Positions 1 through 7,823 of a DNA stretch of 12,996 nucleotides are shown here, piece after piece (the stretch's first letter is position 1; each line of letters starts with the position of its first letter). The stretch spans positions 1 to 12,996 of the forward strand of contig NW_021826396.1 in NCBI RefSeq assembly GCF_006345805.1. The letters are read 5' to 3'. Both the position numbers and the translations under genes were made by a program. This DNA comes from Octopus sinensis. Taxonomy: Eukaryota. Under the pieces are notes generated by a model. The model was not told the origin of the DNA, searched no databases, and saw nothing but the letters and a program-made list of their open reading frames with translations.

Positions 1-1005
1 TGTACGTGTGTGTTTATGAGTTTCAGTGTGTTTTGTGTTGATATATATAAATACATACATACAAATATGTGTGTGCGTGTGTGTGTGTATGTGTACCTGT
101 TAATACCTTTAGCTATACCTGTACTAGCTTTTCTCATTCGTTCTCTTTCCTTCACTGTGTGTGTGTATATAGGTGTTTGTGTGTGTGCAGAGAGAAGGAG
201 AAAAAGAGAGAGAGTGTGTGTGTGTGTACATATGTTTGTGTGTGTATATATGTGCTTGTGTCTGTGTGTGCAGAGAGAAGGAGAAAAAGAGAGAGAGTGT
301 GTTTGTGTACATATGTTTGTGTGTGTATATATGTGCTTGTGTGTGTGTGTGTGCAAAGAGAAGGAGAAAAAGAGAGAGAGTGTGTGTGTGTATATATGTG
401 TTTGTGTGTGTGCAGAGAGAAGGAGAAAAAGAGAGAGAGTGTGTTTGTGTACATATGTTTGTGTGTGTATATATGTGCTTGTGTGTGTGTGTGTGTACAG
501 AGGGAAGGAGAAAAAGAGAGAGAGAGTGTGTGTGTGTATATATGTGTCTGTGTGTGTGTGTGTGTGTGTGGTGTACAAAGAGAAGGAGAAAATAGAGAAA
601 ATGTGTATGTGTCTATGTGTGTGTGTGAGAGAGAGAGAGAGAGATAGAGAGAAAAGTATAGCCAAACAGAAAGTCTGACTGATTGACAAACAGACAGACA
701 GATACACAGAGAGGGACACATGAGTGCGCATGTGTGTGTTAGAAAGTATGTATGTATGTTTGTATGTCTGTATGTATGTCTGTTTGTATTTATGTATATA
801 TGTATGTATATATGTATGTATATATGTATGTATATATGTATGATTATATGTATGTATGTATAGATTTTTGTGTGCATGAGTGTGTGTATGTATGAAAGTA
901 TGTTTCTATATATGTATGGACATATGTACGATTATATGTATGTATGTGATTTTGTGTGTATGTATATGTGTGTATCTATGTGTGTATATATGTGTGTATG
1001 CATAT
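1..1005. repeat. Compound (TG)n/(AG)n/(ACAG)n/(TATG)n microsatellite field containing a higher-order tandem unit
   Basis: Direct reading. The motif cAgAGAgAAGGAGAAAAaGAGAgA recurs at 188, 271, 354, 413, 498 and 576, separated by TG-rich sequence. Confidence 0.95.
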
Positions 1006-1095
1006 GAACATCATCGTCTCTGTCACCACTTGTGTCCTTGTGGTTATTTTTATATTTTTTTCGTTTCCTCTCCTCGTCCTTCTCCTCAGACTCAT

Positions 1096-1223
1096 TTTTT
1101 CACCATCATCATCATCGCCATCATCACCACCACCACCATCATCATTATCATCATCATCATCATCATCATCTTCTTCTTCTTCTTCTTCTTCTTCTTCTTC
1201 TTCATCGCCATCATCACCACCAC

Positions 1224-1257
<34 letters not shown>

Positions 1258-1391
1258 TTCTTCTTCTTTTTCTTCTTCTTCTTCACCATGATGATGATCA
1301 TCATCATCTTCTTCTTCATCATCATCACCACCACCACCATCATCATCATTCGTCATCATCATCATCACCACCACCACCACCACCACCACCG

Positions 1392-1436
<45 letters not shown>

Positions 1437-1475
1437 CACCACCACCACCATCATCATCATCATCTTCTTCTTCTT
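1096..1475. repeat. Compound trinucleotide array (CAT)n/(CAC)n/(CTT)n
   Basis: Direct reading. The block atcgcc-(cat/cac)n-(ctt)n occurs twice, at about 1114 and 1204. Confidence 0.95.
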
Positions 1476-1689
1476 CGTTTCCCCACACTGATGTCGTCGA
1501 TGTTATCAATCGATGAGGTTATCGACTAATTGAACTTATCGTTGCCGTTGTCGTTGATGATGATGATGAGGTTGATGAGGTTGTCTCTGTTGTTGTTGTT
1601 GCTGTTACAATCACGGGGTGCAAACGGATTTATTGATGTCAGTAACAGTCAATGACAACCCAGCATCTCATGTCACGTACACACAATCA

Positions 1690-1742
1690 TTATATACATT
1701 CATACATACATACATACATACATACATACATAATACATACAT

Positions 1743-1793
<51 letters not shown>

Positions 1794-2012
1794 AATTATA
1801 CATATATATATGCATATATACATATATATATAGAGAGAGAGAGACATATATATTTATATATATATATATATACATATATACATACCTATGTATATAGGTA
1901 TGTATACATGTGTGTGTCTATACGTATGTGTGTGTATACAATCATACACATAGCTTGTCAATGCAATGCACACATCCTTTCCGATACACCACACACACAC
2001 ACACACACACAC

Positions 2013-2068
<56 letters not shown>

Positions 2069-2384
2069 TATATATATATATATAATACATTATACATATA
2101 TATATGCATATATACATATATACATATATAGAGAGAGAGACATATATATTTATATATATATATGTATATATATATATACATATATACATACCTATGTATA
2201 TAGGTATGTATACATGTGTGTGTCTATACGTATGTGTGTGTATACAATCATACACATAGCTTGCCAATGCACACATCCTTTCCGATACACACACACCATA
2301 TATATATATATATATATACGTGTGTGTGTGTCGGAAAGGATGTGTGTATTGGCGATGTGTATGATTGTATATACACACACGCTT

Positions 2385-2417
<33 letters not shown>

Positions 2418-2452
2418 TGCACACACACACACACACACACACATATATGTTT

Positions 2453-2484
<32 letters not shown>

Positions 2485-2545
2485 GTTATCATTATCATTA
2501 TTATTATTATTATTTTATTATTATTATCATTATTATTATTTCGTT
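1690..2545. repeat. (CATA)n/(CA)n/(TA)n/(ATT)n field with a ~300-bp-period tandem duplication (about 1794-1995 and 2087-2297)
   Basis: The complex segment catacctatgtatataggtatgtatacatgtgtgtgtctatacgtatgtgtgtgtatacaatcatacacatagcttg...gcacacatcctttccgatacac is present twice, offset 306 bp at the palindrome. Confidence 0.9.
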
Positions 2546-2746
2546 ATTATTCTTTTATTTTTACAAATATTATTTCTTCCATTACACTAAACTTTAGAAG
2601 TTTATGTCGAATCTACTTGCATCCATCAATATTTTGATATGTTATGCCATGATTTCACAAGAGTCTACACGAATTTACCCTGAGGCCTTCTAGTCATTCC
2701 AGTCCCACACAGGAGACAGTGCCGCGGGTTTTTCCTTTTTTATCGT

Positions 2747-2902
2747 AGGCAGAGATGTGGCTATAAGTTGAGAGGATTCCTTCCCAAGCACTTGGTTTTG
2801 GGTTCCGTCCATCTGCGTGGAATCTTGTCCTTTACTACAGGTCTATACCCGCCAAAACATTCTGTGTGGTTTTTCTATAGAAAACTGGAAGAAGCCCGTT
2901 GT
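2747..2902 (+). mobile_element. Degenerate tRNA-derived SINE 5' part (octopus-type family beginning AGGCGCAGGxGTGGCTG and reaching GAAGAAGCCCGT)
   Basis: aggcagagatgtggct, then a B-box-like gggttccgtcc (about 2800-2810), then ctgcgtgg and aaactggaagaagcccgt. This matches, from memory, a common octopus SINE consensus (not database-verified). Confidence 0.65.
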
Positions 2903-2904
2903 GT

Positions 2905-3289
2905 AAAATTTATAAGATGGGAGAGTGCAGCAGGGGATCGCAGCAAATGGAGGAAAATGTGTTTTCTAAAGACTAGAGAATTTGAAAGTAACCGCCTTCG
3001 TCATAGGGACGCACTTCGTGCAAATTTGAAAGCAACGCATCAGCAAAATCCACCAAACACTGATTGTGTGTGTCACTGTGGGTTCAAAGCACGAAGTAAA
3101 GCTGGGTTAGCTGTCCACTCGAGAAGACATGTTGAACCAACGAATACATGCAAGTGTACCATTTGCAAGAAAGTGTGCAAGGCATCTACTGGATTGAAGG
3201 TACACATGCGGTGTCATAAGGCTTTGGAATTGTTGAAGGTTATTTACTGAACCCTCATTCATCGTCTTCGATGAGAAAATCCAAGAAGA
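2905..3289 (+). mobile_element. 5'-truncated RTE-clade LINE: ORF C-terminus with two C2H2-type zinc fingers, short 3' UTR and GAAGA tail remnant
   Basis: WESAAGDRSKWR...FESNR...CVCHCGFKARSKAGLAVHSRRH...CTICKKVCKASTGLKVHMRCH fits the RTE C-terminal pattern W-x-x-x-A-x-DR-x-x-WR...C-x-C...GL-x-x-H-x-R-x-H. Stop at 3248-3250; 3' stem-loop tcatcg-tctt-cgatga at 3259-3274; ends ccaagaaga. Confidence 0.8.
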
Positions 3290-3306
3290 TATATATATAT
3301 ATATGC

Positions 3307-3356
<50 letters not shown>

Positions 3357-3358
3357 AT
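3289..3358. repeat. (TA)n-(TG)n microsatellite
   Basis: Direct reading. Confidence 0.95.
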
Positions 3359-3496
3359 GCTGGTATAAACATAAATTTTTTCCGTGTTTGTGTATGTGTA
3401 TATGTAACCTTGAGCAAGTGTGTATGTATTAACTAAAATGAGACAATAAAACCAAAGTTGTGTGGAATTTATAGAACATTTATAAAGAGAAAGGTA

Positions 3497-3544
3497 GTCT
3501 TACAGCTGTTTCTGGGATATTAGGGATATCCCTTCATCAGAGAC
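3497..3544 (-). ncRNA. Minimal type-I hammerhead ribozyme motif (HHR-A)
   Basis: Minus strand reads GUCU-CUGAUGA-A-GGGAUA-ucccuaa-UAUCCC-A-GAAA-C-AGCU-G-UA-AGAC. Stem I is GUCU/AGAC, stem II is GGGAUA/UAUCCC, stem III is the palindrome ACAGCUGU, and the cleavage triplet is GUA. Confidence 0.8.
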
Positions 3545-3768
3545 GATATGAGGGAGTTAACTAGAGGGGAAATGGTTCAGTTCAATATTAGAAGGGATTC
3601 TGGAAAAGGAAGGATATAGGAAGTATAAAGGGAAATAAGAAAATAAAAATAAAAATGAAAGTAAAAATATATGTGGGATGTTACAATTGCAGGTCCATTA
3701 TCCAAGGAAATTGCTATGTAGAATGGGTAATGCTTCTTTTCAATGGTATGTAGGTCCCTATAGGAGTT

Positions 3769-3770
<2 letters not shown>

Positions 3771-3830
<60 letters not shown>
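3771..3830. repeat. (TA)n-(CA)n-(TA)n microsatellite
   Basis: Direct reading. Confidence 0.95.
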
Positions 3831-3831
<1 letters not shown>

Positions 3832-4054
3832 TGCCTCTTACTCGGATTTTCAGAAATTTTGCATGACTGTATCCGAAAATTTCTTCATACAACTTGATCA
3901 AATATTCAATATGAACTATATGTAGACATGCATGAATTCTATAGGTTTAAAACCTTTCATCGGATCTCCATGAATCGAACTTTCTTCAATGCAGTTAATC
4001 TTACAACCTCTTTTATATCTACCCCTTTTGATGTTTGGGAAATCTCTGATATTT

Positions 4055-4142
4055 TTTCGGCTGACGAGTACGAGCCATCTGTATTCACTGCATTTTTTGT
4101 AGCTTATTAAAGATGTCCTCGTACGAAACGATCGTACCGAGA
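4055..4142 (+). ncRNA. Minimal type-I hammerhead ribozyme motif (HHR-B), canonical core
   Basis: UUUCGG-CUGACGA(4061-4067)-GUACGAG...CUCGUAC(4118-4124)-GAAA(4125-4128)-C-GAUC-G-UA-CCGAGA. Stem II has 7 perfect bp plus a CAUCU/AGAUG extension, stem III is the palindrome ACGAUCGU, stem I has 6 bp, and cleavage is predicted after A4136. Confidence 0.88.
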
Positions 4143-4171
4143 TTTTAATCCATTCTTGTTGCTTTTTTTCC

Positions 4172-4179
4172 TATATATA

Positions 4180-4217
<38 letters not shown>

Positions 4218-4236
4218 ATATACATATATATATATA
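4172..4236. repeat. (TA)n microsatellite
   Basis: Direct reading. Confidence 0.95.
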
Positions 4237-4268
4237 AATCAAAATAAAAACATGATGCCAAGGATTCA

Positions 4269-4346
4269 GCGGTACATATGTTTCGGGCCTTTATTAGACG
4301 GATTTATAACAATGCATAATGTATGTCTATGGCCTTCTTCAGCCGC
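4269..4346 (-). ncRNA. Minimal type-I hammerhead ribozyme motif (HHR-C)
   Basis: Minus strand reads GCGG-CUGAAGA-A-GGCC-a-UAGAC...GUCUA-auaaa-GGCC-C-GAAA-C-AUAU-G-UA-CCGC. Stem I is GCGG/CCGC, stem III is the palindrome ACAUAUGU, triplet GUA, with an A-C mismatch at the base of stem II. Confidence 0.8.
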
Positions 4347-4600
4347 GTACAATTACTACTTAAAGGACATGTATTACATTATAAGTTTTACGTTGGGAAT
4401 GCAAATCCTCACAGTCGCGTACGACAGAGTGGGGCACCAGCACAAAAACGAAGCATCTATCTCGTCTTTCACTCAATGTAGAATATATATATATATATGA
4501 AATTTAATAAGGGTAGAAATTGATCTTAGTCAATTAAAACCAGTGGCCTAGCATATTTAAAAAAATCCGAAGATTAAAAATTTTTTACATGCAAATTTAG

Positions 4601-4724
4601 AGGATTGACCACTAAAAGTGGAGAGCCTGTATGCTAGATATAGGCATCAAAATTCTCCGTGGAAAATAGCGATTTTGACATCTATATCTAGCATACAGGC
4701 TGTCCACTTTTGGTGGTCAATCCT
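4601..4724. repeat. Long inverted repeat / hairpin: 53-bp arms (4601-4653 and 4672-4724), 18-nt loop
   Basis: aggattgaccactaaaagtggagagcctgtatgctagatataggcatcaaaat versus the reverse complement of the right arm, aggattgaccaccaaaagtggacagcctgtatgctagatatagatgtcaaaat: 48/53 identical. Confidence 0.92.
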
Positions 4725-4766
4725 AATTTTTATATATATATATATATATTATATATATATATATAT

Positions 4767-5080
4767 GGCGGGTATGTGGAGTGTAGGCTGCTCCCCGTTT
4801 AATTTCGGATTTAGAATTCTTATAATGTAGTCCGTAATTTGTTGTATATGCGTGTATGCACATTTACACCACTGAACAGTTTCCTAGGGCTATCTCTTTA
4901 TCCACCCGTTCTGGGATACGGTTTAAGATGTCCATGCCATCTCTGATGAAACTGAGAACTAATCTGCGTAATGGTTTTTTGGTACTGAGTGCTGGTCCTG
5001 CTATAATCGGACACAGTTTGAGGTCAGTGGTTTTGAGAATCTTTATATATGGAGGTCTTTCAAGACAAGATCTGAATTGA
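4767..5080 (-). mobile_element. Penelope-like retroelement remnant: internally deleted RT N-terminal segment, possibly joined to the GIY-YIG endonuclease C-terminus
   Basis: PYIKILKTTDLKLCPIIAGP...KPL...SFIRDGMDILNRIPERVD matches the PLE RT motif DLKLRPIxAGP...KP...SYIRDxxDFLNxIP. It continues *...NYGL, then IIRILNPKLN (4826-4797, other frame), which resembles the PLE endonuclease end FI-x-x-x-x-PxLN. Confidence 0.75.
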
Positions 5081-5084
5081 ATAG

Positions 5085-5366
5085 AAGCTTGGAAATTAAA
5101 CCACTTAGGAAACACACGATGCAAATCTTCCTTGAGAAAAGATATTTAGTCAAAGAGAAAGGATTCGAGACAATGATAGAAGAGTTGAAACAGCGTATCA
5201 TAGCAGTAGTTGGCAAGCCCTCCAGATATCAGAAAAGAATAGATCGGTATCAACTGAAAAGATTATTTGAGATAGACTAGAGGAGATTTTATAACCAAAT
5301 AAATAGTGGAGAACGAAGTACTGAAGGTGAGAAACCTAATGCAGCGGAAGCTATAAAGTTCTGGAG
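5085..5366 (+). mobile_element. R4/Dong-like non-LTR retrotransposon fragment (region upstream of the RT domain), degenerate
   Basis: LEKRYLVKEKGFETMIEELKQRIIAVVGKPSRYQKRIDRYQLKRLFEID*RRFYNQIN...PNAAEAIKFW matches the IEELKQR...RY...Q.RLF..D...Y...P..EE...FW pattern of R4-clade ORFs. Contains an in-frame stop. Confidence 0.75.
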
Positions 5367-5448
5367 AATTTAAACTCAGAACATAGCGACGGGCGAAATA
5401 ACGCTTAGCATTTCGTCCAGCGTGCTAAATGTTCTGCCATCTCGCTGT
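5367..5448 (-). mobile_element. tRNA-derived SINE 5' fragment (same family as 9795-10008)
   Basis: Reverse complement acagcgagatggcagaacatttagcacgctggacgaaatgctaagcgttatttcgcccgtcgctatgttctgagtttaaatt aligns by eye to the head of the SINE at 9795-9880. Confidence 0.8.
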
Positions 5449-5548
5449 AATAATACAATAATAACAACAACAACATAATAATAATATAATGATAATAATA
5501 TATTATAATAATAATATGTATAATAATAATAATAATAATAATATAATA

Positions 5549-5596
<48 letters not shown>

Positions 5597-5600
5597 TGAT
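5449..5600. repeat. (AAT)n microsatellite
   Basis: Direct reading. Confidence 0.95.
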
Positions 5601-5873
5601 AAGGTAACTAGAATGTGGAATCTGAAACAGAAACAATCCTATCATAGTAGGTGCATTAGGCTGATAAAAAAATATTCAGACAAATACATAACAAAACACC
5701 AGGACTTACAACACATATAACATACAGAAAATGCACTACTAGGCACTGCACACATCCTACGCAGAACACTTCATACAATAACCATCAGAGCATCACAACA
5801 AATCACAGCACATACCCAAGCACACAGAGCTGCGCTCGGTAGTGAGTGAAGCACGCTATAAAAATAAAACTAC
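5601..5873 (+). mobile_element. R4/Dong-like non-LTR retrotransposon 3' end with 3' UTR and (AAT)n tail
   Basis: Frameshifted VTRMWNL..IPIIVGALG...IQK.ALLGTAHILRRT (LLGTAHILRRT at 5736-5768) is the typical C-terminus of RLE-encoding R4-clade elements. Followed by (AAT)n. Confidence 0.82.
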
Positions 5874-5926
5874 TAATAATAATAATAATAATAATAAGAT
5901 AATAATAATAATATAATAATAATAAT
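5873..5926. repeat. (AAT)n microsatellite / retroelement tail
   Basis: Direct reading. Confidence 0.93.
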
Positions 5927-6447
5927 GGCTTCTGATCTTAACTGATGGAAGTGTTATCATGTACATTGTTTTTTGTCTGGTATAAAAGATGGGCTACAGC
6001 AAAATATCTGCTCAATACCACAGATTTGCTTGTCAGTTGTTTGACCGTAACCAGTTGAGCATGTCCCTTAGTGGCTGACGATATGTGCATCTCTGATCAC
6101 GAGCAGAAGTAGTGGGGAGCATCATAGCCATGTGTTGAGAGGGATTCTTTGGGGTTTGAATAATTCACCTCTGGAAACATGGGTGTTTCGTTCAACATCC
6201 TTAAAAACCCTTATTCGGGGACCGTTTGAGCGGGATGGGCTACCCAACCTGAAGAAAATTCTAACTGGGCCCCACCTGCAAGGTCATGTGCTGTTTATCT
6301 TGATATGAGATCACCATGTCGCGCACATATGGTTGTGATGCATGTGCCTGGTGTACCTTTATCAGACGGGTAGTCATGATGGGTATATTGGGCTTCGTAT
6401 ATTTTACCCCCAGTGTCACTTTGATGGCATGAACTGCTCTCTCACTC
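5927..6447. mobile_element. Unclassified ~520-bp interspersed repeat flanked by (AAT)n arrays
   Basis: Complex non-coding island with sharp AAT boundaries on both sides. It resembles a repeat recalled from octopus sequence; family not established. Confidence 0.45.
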
Positions 6448-6499
6448 AATAATAATAATAAACAATAATATAATATGATAACGATAATAATAATAATAA

Positions 6500-6538
<39 letters not shown>

Positions 6539-6784
6539 TAATAATATAACAATAAGAAGAAGGAGGAGGAGGAGAAGAAGAAGGAGAAGAAGGAGAAGAA
6601 GAAGAAGAAGAAGAAGAAGAAGAAGAAGAAGAAGAAGAAGAAGAAGAAGAAGAAGAAGAAGAAGAAGAAGAAGAAGGAGAAGAAAGAGTAGAAGAAGAAG
6701 AAGAAACCATCTTAAGACCAATTAGTTAAAAACAAAAGAAAAGACCACATCGAAAAGAACACCATGACCACCACCAACAACAGC

Positions 6785-6835
<51 letters not shown>
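6447..6835. repeat. (AAT)n, then (GAA/GGA)n (27 pure GAA at 6595-6675), then (AAC)n arrays
   Basis: Direct reading. Confidence 0.95.
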
Positions 6836-7207
6836 ATTAAAACAAAAAGTCAAGTCACACTATATTTTAAACCAAAATATAAATTTTTGCTGGTCTTAAT
6901 GCGAGACTGGCTGAGGCGTTGCAAAAATAAGCAAAGCGGGGGGAAAATTCCGCCAGAAACATGGCTGAAGGAGGCGAGATTTCTATGGCGTCCTCATTCC
7001 ACTTATTGGGAAATGGCTTCAGTCTGGCATTTAATTAGAAAAGTCGCAAGATTTACATGCACAAATTAAGCTATATTCTTCGATTGCATTTTGAAAATAC
7101 CCTCCCGACGGCAAATCTTTGGAGTGGATCTTAGCAAAACCGGCGTTCGGCACGTCGTAGCATTGATGTTTTTGCTGCGTATTCACTGAAGCAGTATCAA
7201 CACTATC

Positions 7208-7414
7208 GTAGTAGTAGTAGTAGAATTAGTAGTAGTAGTAGTAGTAGTAGCAGTAGAAGTAGTAGTAGTATTAGTAGTAATAGTAGTAGTTGTAGCAGTA
7301 GAAGTAGTAGTAGTATTAGTAGTAGTAGCAGTAGAAGTAGTAGTAGAATTAGTAGTAGTAGTAGTAGTAGTAGCAGTAGAAGTAGTAGTAGTATTAGTAG
7401 TAATAGTAGTAGTT

Positions 7415-7446
<32 letters not shown>

Positions 7447-7792
7447 GGTGGTGGTGGTGGTGGTGGTGGTGGTGGTGGTGGTTGTGGTGGTAGTTGTGGT
7501 CGTGTTGGTGGTTGTGAAGGTGATAATGATGGTGATGGTGATGGTGATGTGGTGGTGTTAGTTGTCGTGGTATTGGTGGTGGTGGTGGTGGTGGTTGTGA
7601 TGGTTGCTGTGGTGGTGATAGTTATGGTGGTGATTATGGTGGCGGTGCTGCAGCTACTGCTGCTGCTGCTGGTGGTGTATGTGACTGTGGTGCTGATTGT
7701 GGTATTGGTGGTGATGTTGGTGGTAGTTTTGGTGGTAGTTTTGGTGGTGGTGGTGGTGGTGGTGGTGGTGGTAGCAGTTTTGGTGTTGTTGC

Positions 7793-7823
<31 letters not shown>

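Noticed and set aside
188-600. CRISPR-like repeat-spacer appearance
   Set aside because: The spacers are related TG microsatellites, not unique sequences. The context is eukaryotic and has no cas genes.
10-2637. Long ORFs rich in CV/HT/YI dipeptides and poly-H/S/I/D
   Set aside because: They are translations of di- and trinucleotide microsatellites, open on both strands, with no domain content.
2768-3250. Host C2H2 zinc-finger gene
   Set aside because: The fingers lack TGEKP linkers and follow an RTE-specific WE..A.DR..WR motif. The 5' part is SINE-like and the 3' end has a LINE-type tail.
4019-4078. Minus-strand MARTRQ... resembling the histone H3 N-terminus
   Set aside because: Only 19 codons, similarity ends after 6 residues, and it overlaps the hammerhead stem on the other strand.
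3497-4346. Classical retrozyme monomer bounded by two co-oriented hammerheads
   Set aside because: Retrozymes have direct repeats with near-identical ribozymes. HHR-A and HHR-C differ in all stems and flanks, and the interval contains microsatellites and an opposite-strand module.
4943-4949. CTGATGA hammerhead-like core
   Set aside because: It is followed immediately by AAC with no stem II or stem III, and lies in PLE RT-coding sequence.
6075-6081. CTGACGA hammerhead-like core
   Set aside because: No downstream stem II-GAAA-stem III-UH arrangement.
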